Source: Candidatus Magasanikiibacteriota bacterium
GTDB lineage: Bacteria; Patescibacteriota; Patescibacteriia; Magasanikbacterales; GWA2-37-8
NCBI GenBank assembly: GCA_016189025.1
Contig: JACPGS010000018.1
Coordinates: 6,921 to 70,920 of the forward strand
Length of the DNA: 64,000 bases
Direction of reading: 5' to 3'
Shown here in pieces: positions 43,899 to 52,834 of this stretch (positions within the stretch are counted from its first letter, which is position 1; each line of letters opens with the position of its first letter). A program made the translations under genes and the position numbers. The notes beneath the pieces were generated by a model. It searched no databases. It worked only from the letters and a program-made list of their open reading frames with translations, and was not told the origin of the DNA.

Positions 43899-44705
43899 AT
43901 GCCTCCTGGCGTTCACGTCGTTCTTTTTTGTTTGCGTCAGTTGCACCGCCCGGCGCCGGAGAGCCACAAAGGCGACAACGGACGTCTCTTAATTATCGCC
44001 GGATCCAAAAAATATCACGGCTCGGTGGTGCTCGCCGCTACTATGGCGAGTAAATTGGTGGATTTAGTATACCTGGCCACCACGCCGGATAATTTTTCCC
44101 TGATTAAAAAAGTCCGGGAGCGTCTGGCCGAGTTTATTTACATTGCGCCCCGCGAGCTCCCCGCTACTCTTACCGAAGTTGACGCCGTGCTCATCGGCCC
44201 TGGGTTGTTACCCAACGCGGCCACGCGCCGCCTGGTGCAACGTCTGCTGCGCCAGTGGCCCGACAAAAAAATCATTCTGGACGCCGCGGCCCTGCGCGTG
44301 CTTGACCCGCGCTGGCTTCCTCGGCAGTGTATTATCACCCCCCACGCCGGCGAATTTCGCGCCTTGTTTCGCCTTGCCCCTACTCCCCCAAATGTCCAGG
44401 CGCTCTCGCGGCGTTACCCCGGCGTTATTGTCCTAAAAGGACGCGTAGATTATCTTGCTCAAGGCGGCCGGCTCTGGTATAACACTGCCGGCAATGCGGG
44501 AATGACCAAGGGCGGCACCGGCGATGTGCTGGCCGGTTTAATCGCGGCACTTGCCACAAAAAACGACCCGCTCCTCGCGGCGCAGGCCGGAGTGTATGTA
44601 AACGGCTTAGCGGGGGATAAGTTGTATAAAAAAGTTGGCTATCATTATAGCGCTTCGGAGTTAATGCCGGAAATTCGGAAAATTTTATCACGCTTTGATT
44701 ATTGA
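43899..44705 (+). CDS. nnr: ADP/ATP-dependent (S)-NAD(P)H-hydrate dehydratase (YjeF C-terminal / carbohydrate-kinase fold)
   Basis: HKGDNGRLLIIAGSKKYHGSVVLAA… and GGTGDVLAGLIAALA motifs. Start placed at the ATG 43899 beyond the MITE. Confidence 0.8.
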   Translation: MPPGVHVVLFCLRQLHRPAPESHKGDNGRLLIIAGSKKYHGSVVLAATMASKLVDLVYLATTPDNFSLIKKVRERLAEFIYIAPRELPATLTEVDAVLIGPGLLPNAATRRLVQRLLRQWPDKKIILDAAALRVLDPRWLPRQCIITPHAGEFRALFRLAPTPPNVQALSRRYPGVIVLKGRVDYLAQGGRLWYNTAGNAGMTKGGTGDVLAGLIAALATKNDPLLAAQAGVYVNGLAGDKLYKKVGYHYSASELMPEIRKILSRFDY

Positions 44706-44751
44706 TAGTAATCGGAGAAGCAGTGATGATTATCATTAATGTCGAGTAATT

Positions 44752-46200
44752 ATGAAGAAGTTAGCTATTCGAGACCCATTTTTGTTCGGCGAATGGTTTG
44801 ACCTAGGATGGTTTCACAGCTGTCATATCTATGGCCATACGATCACCATCAAGGAACGGCTTGGCTATGGGTTAAGTCAGGAAGTGGTAGAACAGGCAGG
44901 CACCATAGAGCGAATTTATTTTTCTCGCTCGGAGTGGACCAGAATTGGTAAGAAATACTTAAGCGAAGTTATCGCCAAACCTGCCAAGTTAAAAAAATTG
45001 CTCTCCGACCTGCGACGCGCTTCGAATCAGCTGCTGGTTTTCTCGCAAAAATTATTCACGGCTGATCCCGCCACCTTTTCCGGACAGCGGTTGGTACGCC
45101 TATTTGAGGCTTATCACGCGCGCCATCACGCGGTGTGGGCGATCGGTCAGGTGCCAAATGTATTGGAATTTCAAAATGCTTTCCTTACTGATTACCTTAA
45201 ACATTGGCTCGCCGGGCAGTCCCTTGCCGGAGCGGAACCGGTTAAAGTTTTTCAAACCTTGGTCACCCCCCGCGAACTTTCGGCCGCCCAGCAAGAGGAG
45301 CGCGCTATGCTGCGTCTGGCAGCGCAAAAAAATCCGGCGGTCGCTTTGCGCAAACATTGGCGCCAATTCAAGTGGCTGCAATTCGGCTGGACCGGCCCTG
45401 ATTTAACCCCGGAGTATTTTATTGACGTGCATCAGCGACTCTATAATGAAGGCCGGGTAAAATCAATTTTAAGCAAAACTTTACTAGCTGACCGGCAATT
45501 GGTGCGCGATAAAGAGCGACTAACAAAACAATTGCACTGCCCGCCTAAGATTAAGACTTTATTCCGCTTGCTGGAAGAACTGCTGTTCCTCAAATCGCAT
45601 CGGATGGATGCTCTCTACACTAGCTATAGCGCTATCCAGCCCTATTTAAAGCACCTGGCCCGCCGACATTATCTGGCGCTGCCGCAGTTATATAATCTTT
45701 ATCTGCCGGAATTAATCGCTATGTTGCGGCAGGGAGCAATTGATGCGGACTATCTTAATAATTTAGCCAAGTATTCGGTACGTTATTACGATGGCAAGCG
45801 TTGGTATTTACTCTTTGGTCAGGAAGCACGGCAAATAACCGAGGCAATCAAGCGTCGTCTGCCGCCTACCCCACTGCTCTCGGAACTTAAGGGAGAATGC
45901 GCCTATCCGGGCAAAGTTACCGGCAAGGTCTATATTATCAATCGGGCCGGGGAAATGGGCAAGTTTGAGTCGGGAGCAATTTTAGTTTCTAATATTACCG
46001 ACCCCTCGCTGTTGCCGGCCATGAAGCGGGCGGCAGCTTTCGTTACCAATACCGGCGGACTCACCTGCCACGCGGCGATTGTGGCGCGTGAGGTGCAAAT
46101 ACCCGGCGTCATCGGCACCAAAATTGCCACGCAAGCGCTCCGGGATGGCGATTTGGTAGAGGTAGACGCGACGGCGGGAGTGGTAAGGAAAATTAACTAA
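44752..46200 (+). CDS. PEP-utilising-enzyme phosphohistidine (swivel) domain protein, paralog 1; divergent N-domain, no ATP-binding domain
   Basis: C-terminus GECAYPGKVTGKVYII…ILVSNITDPSLLPAMKRAAAFVTNTGGLTCHAAIVAREVQIPGVIG…GDLVEVDA has the canonical PEP-utilizers mobile-domain His motif. Confidence 0.8.
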   Translation: MKKLAIRDPFLFGEWFDLGWFHSCHIYGHTITIKERLGYGLSQEVVEQAGTIERIYFSRSEWTRIGKKYLSEVIAKPAKLKKLLSDLRRASNQLLVFSQKLFTADPATFSGQRLVRLFEAYHARHHAVWAIGQVPNVLEFQNAFLTDYLKHWLAGQSLAGAEPVKVFQTLVTPRELSAAQQEERAMLRLAAQKNPAVALRKHWRQFKWLQFGWTGPDLTPEYFIDVHQRLYNEGRVKSILSKTLLADRQLVRDKERLTKQLHCPPKIKTLFRLLEELLFLKSHRMDALYTSYSAIQPYLKHLARRHYLALPQLYNLYLPELIAMLRQGAIDADYLNNLAKYSVRYYDGKRWYLLFGQEARQITEAIKRRLPPTPLLSELKGECAYPGKVTGKVYIINRAGEMGKFESGAILVSNITDPSLLPAMKRAAAFVTNTGGLTCHAAIVAREVQIPGVIGTKIATQALRDGDLVEVDATAGVVRKIN

Positions 46201-46203
46201 ACT

Positions 46204-47277
46204 ATGCTGGACACGGAAGTAGAAAAAATTGTGGCGGCCCTTGACTGGGAAAAACGCTGGATGGAGCGTTTTACCCTTTTTGCCACATCATTAATCGGCG
46301 ACGTCTATTTTTTTGGCTGTCAGGAGCAATTGGGAGTGGCATTCAACCGGATGTTCTTTGTTTACCAGGAAGGGATGGTTACGTGTTATCAGCTGATTTC
46401 AGAAAATACGGTCTTTGGCAACGCGCTGGCGCGCCGTTTGGAGGCGGATCACCATCTGGTTGATGGGTGGAACCGGGAAGTTAAAGATAAAGTTGATGAG
46501 GTTCTTAGTTTGGTTGCCGCCTACGAAGGCACCCTTTTTGAAGAGTCACACTACCTGGCTTTTGAGCACGCTTTTCGCGCACTGCAGCCACCCTTCGTTC
46601 GCTTAACCAGAGTCGCCAATTATCTGGCGCCGTCTTGGCACAATACTTTGTTGCCGCCACTGAATGCCATGCGTCTGGCCACGGAAACGGTATACGGCCG
46701 CGTTGATTCGTTTGTGCAGCGATCATTACGGCAATTAGCCGGCCAGATTGGCCGCGATCCTGATTTGGTAGAACTATTATATCATTATGAAGTGAGGGAA
46801 TTTGTTAAGCAGGGCACTTTGCCACCGGATGCCGAATTAAGAAGCCGTGCGCCGGTTAGCGGATTATATTTTGAAAACGGACGGCAATTCTTTTGTGATA
46901 GTAAAGAAGTTGGCTTATTTCAACGCCTGGTTGCCGATAAATTTGGCTCCCAGGATGGTATTGTTCGCGGGGTCACTGCGGTTCCCGGATATGTGAAGGG
47001 TACGGCGCGAATAATTTTTGACCCCCAAAAACCGGGTGTCTTTAATGACGGCGATATTCTGGTGACTAACATGACGTATCCGGAGTTTGTGCCCCTGATG
47101 AAAAAAGCCGGGGCGATTGTTACCGATGGCGGCGGCATTTTGTGCCACGCGGCCATTGTTGCTCGAGAATTGGGCAAACCCTGCCTGATCAATACCCAGG
47201 TAGCCACCTCGACTTTTCACGATGGTGAGCAGGTGGAGGTAGATGCGACGCAAGGAACAATCAAGAGAGCGGCATAG
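46204..47277 (+). CDS. PEP-utilising-enzyme swivel-domain protein, paralog 2 (shorter, distinct N-domain)
   Basis: …GVTAVPGYVKGTARII…ILVTNMTYPEFVPLMKKAGAIVTDGGGILCHAAIVARELGKPCLIN…GEQVEVDA. Confidence 0.8.
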   Translation: MLDTEVEKIVAALDWEKRWMERFTLFATSLIGDVYFFGCQEQLGVAFNRMFFVYQEGMVTCYQLISENTVFGNALARRLEADHHLVDGWNREVKDKVDEVLSLVAAYEGTLFEESHYLAFEHAFRALQPPFVRLTRVANYLAPSWHNTLLPPLNAMRLATETVYGRVDSFVQRSLRQLAGQIGRDPDLVELLYHYEVREFVKQGTLPPDAELRSRAPVSGLYFENGRQFFCDSKEVGLFQRLVADKFGSQDGIVRGVTAVPGYVKGTARIIFDPQKPGVFNDGDILVTNMTYPEFVPLMKKAGAIVTDGGGILCHAAIVARELGKPCLINTQVATSTFHDGEQVEVDATQGTIKRAA

Positions 47278-47280
47278 CCT

Positions 47281-48804
47281 ATGGAGCCTAAATACCTGCA
47301 CGACAACGACCCCTGGCTGCTCGCCGAGGACATCCCCGGCAGCGATTTGTTTTTCTTTCAAATTCCCTTTTGGTGTTTTGCCAACCGTTTCGGGGAACAA
47401 ACCGGACGAGCGTATAAAAAAGTTTTGGCTCATTTTTCCGGGTATCAGATGTGGTTTTATTTTGGCGAGCAGGATTCTTATGAAGTAGGGGAACATATCG
47501 TTAATCGGATTGTGGAACAGCCAGGCTATGGGGCGGATATTAACCAAAATATCATAGCGATAGCCGACAAATTACGCGCTTGGTGCGCCACCATTCCCGT
47601 GGAAAAACTCAATAATCTTTCCGACGCCGAGTTGTGGGAAATATATCACACGCATTACCAGCTCCATTGCGAATTTTACACCTGGGTATGGATCGGCAAT
47701 GCGACGGACATGTTCCATGCTAATTTTACCAACCGGCTAAAGGCTTACTTAAAACAAATCGGCGTGGTAGAAGACAAGATTAATGAGTATCTGGTTACTC
47801 TGACTACTCCCACCGCGCGAACGCCGGTCTTTGTGGAACAGCAGGATTTGTTGTTGATTGCGGAGCAAATATACCAGGATCAGGCGATCAGGCAGTTGTG
47901 CGCTACTTCCACTCCGCTGGTATACGAAGACCTCCCGCGCCGCCTGCAAACAATGATCCAACAGCACTGGGAGAAGTATCACTATACCAAATTTATTTTT
48001 GTGGAGGGCGAATATACCATTAATGATTATCTCCGGCAGCTGCAAGATATATTGCGCGGCGAAACTGCGCCGCGGGCGATTATTGAGGGACAAATAGAAG
48101 CGCTGCAGGCGGCGGAAGAAAAAAAGCGAATTCTTTTGGCGCAGTTGCCCGTTGCCCCGGAGTGGCAGGAGATATTTGCGGTTTTTGGCGACTTCATGGT
48201 AACCAAAATTTATCGTCGTTATGCCCAGCTTTTTGCCTTGCATCGCATGGATAAAGTTCTTAAGGAAATTGCCCGGCGCAAGCAGCTTTCCCTGAAACAG
48301 GTAAAATTCATGTTGAAAAGTGAAGTAGAGCGGTTGCTCCTCAAAAATTCCTGTGATCCGGAACTGTTGCGGGAACGCGCAAAGCAGTGCGTGTATTATG
48401 TGGAAAAAGATGGCGAGGCAGTATACGTCGGCCCGGCAGCCGAGGCCCTTATTGCAAAAACCGTTCGCACTATTGATGCCTCAATCAGTGAATTGAAGGG
48501 CGAAGTCGGGTGCACGGGTTATGCCCAGGGACGAGTAAAAATTGTTATTCGCGCCGAAGAGATGGCCAAGATGAACGACGGCGATATTTTGGTTTCTATC
48601 GCCACTGACCCGGACATTGTGCCGGCGATGAAAAAAGCCGCGGCGATTGTTACCGAACAGGGCGGCGTTACCAGCCACGCCGCCATTGTCAGCCGCGAGC
48701 TTGGCATCCCTTGCGTCATCGGCACCAAAATCGCCACCAAAATATTTAAGGACGGGGATTTGGTGGAAGTAGATGCGAATAGGGGAGTGGTGAGAAAAAT
48801 ATGA
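47281..48804 (+). CDS. PEP-utilising-enzyme swivel-domain protein, paralog 3
   Basis: …GEVGCTGYAQGRVKIV…ILVSIATDPDIVPAMKKAAAIVTEQGGVTSHAAIVSRELGIPCVIGTKIATKIFKDGDLVEVDA. Confidence 0.8.
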   Translation: MEPKYLHDNDPWLLAEDIPGSDLFFFQIPFWCFANRFGEQTGRAYKKVLAHFSGYQMWFYFGEQDSYEVGEHIVNRIVEQPGYGADINQNIIAIADKLRAWCATIPVEKLNNLSDAELWEIYHTHYQLHCEFYTWVWIGNATDMFHANFTNRLKAYLKQIGVVEDKINEYLVTLTTPTARTPVFVEQQDLLLIAEQIYQDQAIRQLCATSTPLVYEDLPRRLQTMIQQHWEKYHYTKFIFVEGEYTINDYLRQLQDILRGETAPRAIIEGQIEALQAAEEKKRILLAQLPVAPEWQEIFAVFGDFMVTKIYRRYAQLFALHRMDKVLKEIARRKQLSLKQVKFMLKSEVERLLLKNSCDPELLRERAKQCVYYVEKDGEAVYVGPAAEALIAKTVRTIDASISELKGEVGCTGYAQGRVKIVIRAEEMAKMNDGDILVSIATDPDIVPAMKKAAAIVTEQGGVTSHAAIVSRELGIPCVIGTKIATKIFKDGDLVEVDANRGVVRKI

Positions 48805-48865
48805 AGAAACGAATCTGGCGAAAAAATTTTGTTATCAGGAGCAGGGAATTTTTAGCCTGAATAAT

Positions 48866-50374
48866 ATGGCCCAGGACTACACCATCTTCGTCCGCGATTT
48901 TCAGACCAGCCTGTTTCCGCAGTATATTTTAACGCACTTGTGGAACACCAGCGGCGTGGTGAATACCAAAGCGCAGATTGGCATGGCGAATCGGAACAAA
49001 GTGCTGGAGTACATTATTCCGCCGGGCGATTGGGAACATTTGCAAACGCAGGTACATGAGCGAACTGCCGCCGACCGAAATTTTATTCCCCAGGCCGTGC
49101 GCCAGGCGCGGGCGGCCGTAGATGCACTTAATGAGTATACAGAACAGCAAATAGCGCAGAAAGATTTGACCTGCGCCAGCAACGAAGAATTAGCCGAGAT
49201 TTACCGGCGCTATTTTGAGCTGAACATTCCCTGTTATGGTTACGGCAACATCATTTTTATTATTGAATTCGGCGAGCGCGCTTATTTTAGCAATCAAATC
49301 AAGCAGCTCTTGGCCGCGCGTGCGCCGGAACAGCCGGCAGCGTATTTTACTTTACTGACCACTCCGGCGGAACCGCACATTTTTCAGGAGCAAAGTTTGG
49401 CTCTGCTCCAGCTGGCCAGCGCCATTGAATTGCAAACCGAGATTAAAGATTGGTTTTTGGCAAACGCCGGCGCGGGCATTGAACATCAGCTATTAGCGAA
49501 ATATCCGGCAGTGCTTGAGCAGTTCCAAAAACATCGCGCTGCCTACTACTGGCTGTTTTACAGCTGGGAAGGCCCGGCGCTGACGGTGGGCGATTTTGTG
49601 ATGTTTGCCGTGGATATTTTACGGCGCGGGTCGGCCGGCGCGCAGTTAGCAGAAAAAAAGGCAGAACAGGCCACGCTCGGCACGCGTCAGGAAAAGATTA
49701 TGCAGGAGCTGCACTTTTCCGAAGAAGAGCGCTGGTGGGTAAAAATGGCGCAACTATGCGCCGCGTTCCAGCCCTATCGCAAAGCGCGGCAATTCAAATC
49801 CTGCAGCCACATGGAAAAGTATTTCCGGGAGGTAGCGCGGCGATTATATATCAGTCTGGATCAGGCGCGGTATCTTACTCATTACGAAGTTGCCGAGGCG
49901 CTACGCAAGGGCGAAGTAGACACTAACCTGCTAAACGAACGCCGCAAATTTTTTGTGTATATTTTTGATAATAACCAGCCGCGGTGTCTTACCGGTTCCC
50001 CAGCCGAAGCGTGGTATCAAGAACACGTGGCACAAGAGATGCATCAATTTTCCGGAGAACTACGCGGCACGGTCGCCTGCCCGGGCCGGGCCACGGGAAA
50101 AGTGCGGATGGTGAACAGTTACGAAGAAGGCCAACAGTTTCAGCCAGGTGAAATTTTAGTTTCATTTTCTACTAACCCCACCCTTCTGCCGGCGATGCGC
50201 CTGGCCGCGGCGATTATTACCGAAGAAGGCGGGCTCACCTGCCACGCGGCCATCGTCAGCCGCGAGCTCAACATCCCTTGCGTGGTGGGAATTAAGGGGA
50301 TTGTTTCCGGACTGCAAACTGGCGAAACAATAGAAGTGGATGCGATAAAAGGGTTAGTTAAAAAATTATCCTGA
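48866..50374 (+). CDS. PEP-utilising-enzyme swivel-domain protein, paralog 4
   Basis: …GTVACPGRATGKVRMV…ILVSFSTNPTLLPAMRLAAAIITEEGGLTCHAAIVSRELNIPCVVG…GETIEVDA. Confidence 0.8.
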   Translation: MAQDYTIFVRDFQTSLFPQYILTHLWNTSGVVNTKAQIGMANRNKVLEYIIPPGDWEHLQTQVHERTAADRNFIPQAVRQARAAVDALNEYTEQQIAQKDLTCASNEELAEIYRRYFELNIPCYGYGNIIFIIEFGERAYFSNQIKQLLAARAPEQPAAYFTLLTTPAEPHIFQEQSLALLQLASAIELQTEIKDWFLANAGAGIEHQLLAKYPAVLEQFQKHRAAYYWLFYSWEGPALTVGDFVMFAVDILRRGSAGAQLAEKKAEQATLGTRQEKIMQELHFSEEERWWVKMAQLCAAFQPYRKARQFKSCSHMEKYFREVARRLYISLDQARYLTHYEVAEALRKGEVDTNLLNERRKFFVYIFDNNQPRCLTGSPAEAWYQEHVAQEMHQFSGELRGTVACPGRATGKVRMVNSYEEGQQFQPGEILVSFSTNPTLLPAMRLAAAIITEEGGLTCHAAIVSRELNIPCVVGIKGIVSGLQTGETIEVDAIKGLVKKLS

Positions 50375-50381
50375 TAACATT

Positions 50382-51947
50382 ATGGCGATGGCCAAGGCGC
50401 TACGGCGCGATCGCTGGATTGTCGGCAATGAAGAAGACGGCACTAATTTGTACGCGCTCGGTTTGTATACGCCGATGTTTATTGTTGATTTTCCCCGGCT
50501 GGCCCAAGCGCCGCCTTGCTATCACGTATTTGAATTCAAAGGCGGCCATATGCGCTGGCTGGTGCCGGAAAATCACTCGCTCGCAATCGCCCGGCTTTTG
50601 TTGGAGCGCGTCCTCCGGCGTCCTAATTATTTTGGCGAAATCAGGCAAAAATTGGCGCGCATTTGCCATCAGGCTTATGCTTTTGGCAGGCAAGTTTTGC
50701 GGCTGAAAGTAGGAACTATCAGCGACGCCAGGTTATTATCACTACTGATGCGTTTTCAAAAATTGCAACGCACCATTATCGCCTATGGCATGATTTCTAC
50801 TTTAGTTGAAATACCCCACAGCCAGTTTGTTAAGCACCTGGAGAATTTTCTGGCTGATCACGTCAGCAAAATTAGCGCGCCGCCTGGCGCCCCTGAATAT
50901 TTTAGTATTCTTTCGGCGATTCCCGAAGAGAGTAGGCAGCGCCAGGAAGCCAAAAGTTTGCTGCGGTTATTGCAGACGGTGAAAAAATCTAAAAAATTAT
51001 TTAACGCCGTCGCCTCACTTAAACCAGGGGAGGGTAGCAAAAAATTTTTACGGCCTCCAGGCGATCCGGCAATGTTATCCTTTTATCGGCAGCTCAATTA
51101 TCATGTCAAAGAATTCTGCTGGGCGTATTATGGCTACGAAGGACCGGCGTACGGTATTGACCGCCCCCTTTCCGAGCTTGCCCAACTGCTCTCCGATAAA
51201 GTAGACCCGGCGGCGGAGCTAAAGCGTTTAGCCCGGGAGCGGGCGCAAATCAGGCCGGCGACCAAAATAGCCGAGCGTACCCTGAAGCTATCGGCTTACG
51301 AGCGCGCCTTATTCCAGGCCCTGCGCGATACGGTGTTTATGAAGCTTTATCGCAAAGACGCCATGACTTTTGGGTTTTATTCCGCCGAGTCATTGCTTAA
51401 AGAATTGGCGCGCCGGGCCGGCATTGCTTTAGCCGCCGCTAAATGTTTGGCGCCGGGCGAATATGCGCGGGCATTGAGGCAGGACAAAAAATTGATTGCC
51501 GAACTCTATCGGCGGATTCCGTATGCCGTATATGCGGCGGATTCTCTTAAACCGCGGGTATTATCCGGTAGTCGCGCCCGCCGGTTTATTAAAAGTATTT
51601 ACCGCGAGGAAGCGGTCGGCGATGTCCGCGAGCTCAAAGGCCAGGTGGCCTGTTTAGGGCACGCTACCGGCGCGGTAAAAATTATCAACGTCGCGGCGGA
51701 AATGGGCAAAATGAATAAGGGCGATATTTTAGTGTCCATCGCCACGATTCCCGATATTGTGCCGGCGATGAAAAAGGCGGCCGCGATTGTTACCGAGCAG
51801 GGCGGCATTACCTCTCACGCCGCCATCGTCAGCCGCGAACTCGGCGTCCCCTGCGTCATCGGCACCAAAATAGCCACCAAAGTATTTAAGGACGGGGATT
51901 TGGTAGAGGTGGATGCCATTGAGGGAATTGTGTACAAGCTCAAGTGA
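50382..51947 (+). CDS. PEP-utilising-enzyme swivel-domain protein, paralog 5
   Basis: …GQVACLGHATGAVKII…ILVSIATIPDIVPAMKKAAAIVTEQGGITSHAAIVSRELGVPCVIGTKIATKVFKDGDLVEVDA. Confidence 0.8.
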   Translation: MAMAKALRRDRWIVGNEEDGTNLYALGLYTPMFIVDFPRLAQAPPCYHVFEFKGGHMRWLVPENHSLAIARLLLERVLRRPNYFGEIRQKLARICHQAYAFGRQVLRLKVGTISDARLLSLLMRFQKLQRTIIAYGMISTLVEIPHSQFVKHLENFLADHVSKISAPPGAPEYFSILSAIPEESRQRQEAKSLLRLLQTVKKSKKLFNAVASLKPGEGSKKFLRPPGDPAMLSFYRQLNYHVKEFCWAYYGYEGPAYGIDRPLSELAQLLSDKVDPAAELKRLARERAQIRPATKIAERTLKLSAYERALFQALRDTVFMKLYRKDAMTFGFYSAESLLKELARRAGIALAAAKCLAPGEYARALRQDKKLIAELYRRIPYAVYAADSLKPRVLSGSRARRFIKSIYREEAVGDVRELKGQVACLGHATGAVKIINVAAEMGKMNKGDILVSIATIPDIVPAMKKAAAIVTEQGGITSHAAIVSRELGVPCVIGTKIATKVFKDGDLVEVDAIEGIVYKLK

Positions 51948-51955
51948 TTTGTGTT

Positions 51956-52360
51956 ATGGAAAAAGCAGAGATGTGGTTAACTCGTTTTATTGCTTGGGCG
52001 AGAATTAAAACCAAAATTCATCTTGCCGAACGGGAAATATATTTTCGTGAGGGAGAAATTTGGTGGACTAGCTTAGGCGTGAACATTGGCCATGAGCAAG
52101 ATGGGAAGAATGAATATTTTGAACGGCCGGTATTGATTTTAAAGAAGTTTGGCAGGTATACTTTATGGGCTGTTCCTTTGTCGAGCCGCCTTAAGTATAG
52201 TCCTTATTATTTTCAATATACTTACCATGGGAGAAATTATTCTGCTTTACTTACCCAATTACGGTTGATTAGTAGTAAAAGGTTATTGAGAAAGGTTGGA
52301 GTGATTGATGTTATGGTATTTCGGGCTATTAAAGAAAAGATAAAAAAATTATTACAATAA
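51956..52360 (+). CDS. MazF/PemK-like endoribonuclease toxin-fold protein in a low-G+C insert
   Basis: REGEIWWTSLGVNIGHEQDGKNEYFERPVLILKKF…WAVPLSS compares with the PemK/MazF pattern RGDIYWVDFGPPVGSEQGGRRPALVVS…PLT. Confidence 0.45.
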   Translation: MEKAEMWLTRFIAWARIKTKIHLAEREIYFREGEIWWTSLGVNIGHEQDGKNEYFERPVLILKKFGRYTLWAVPLSSRLKYSPYYFQYTYHGRNYSALLTQLRLISSKRLLRKVGVIDVMVFRAIKEKIKKLLQ

Positions 52361-52540
52361 AAAACGATTCCCGCTCTTCTAGAGTGGGAATCTCGGAGCT
52401 TCTCTCGTAAAAGAGAAGCCATTTGACAGAAGCAGCTTACGCCACTTCGCCAGGTATATTACCAAAGTAAAAATATTTGTCAAGTAAACTATCCACATAG
52501 TCCAATCAAGGAATCTAAACTATAGTTTATAGTTCCTACT

Positions 52541-52822
52541 ATGGCACTGGGGCAGCTGACGTTAGCGGTATACGGCGACGTGCAGGGCGTGGGGTTCCGC
52601 TGGTTTGTGCAAGAGCAGGCGGTTAAGCTCGGTCTAGTCGGCTGGGTACGCAATAATCCGGATGGTACGGTCGGCGTCGTTGCCCAAGGAGTCGAGGAAA
52701 AGTTGCGTGAATTTTTGGCGCTCTGCCGCCACGGCCCGGGTTTTGCCCGCGTGCGCGAGGCGGTGGAAGAGTGGCAGGAAATTCCTAAACTGGACTTTGT
52801 CGATTTTGAGATTAAGTTTTGA
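52541..52822 (+). CDS. acyP: Acylphosphatase
   Basis: VYGDVQGVGFRWFVQEQAVKLGLVGWVRNNPDGTVGVVAQG is the canonical acylphosphatase signature (VxGxVQGVxFR … GWVxN). Confidence 0.85.
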   Translation: MALGQLTLAVYGDVQGVGFRWFVQEQAVKLGLVGWVRNNPDGTVGVVAQGVEEKLREFLALCRHGPGFARVREAVEEWQEIPKLDFVDFEIKF

Positions 52823-52834
52823 TAGTGTTGCCAT

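Noticed and set aside
9857-44000. Possibility that the family-A/B repeats are a CRISPR array
   Set aside because: Copies are 100-185 bp, dispersed over 35 kb, internally palindromic with TIRs, and not separated by regular unique spacers. No cas genes are present.
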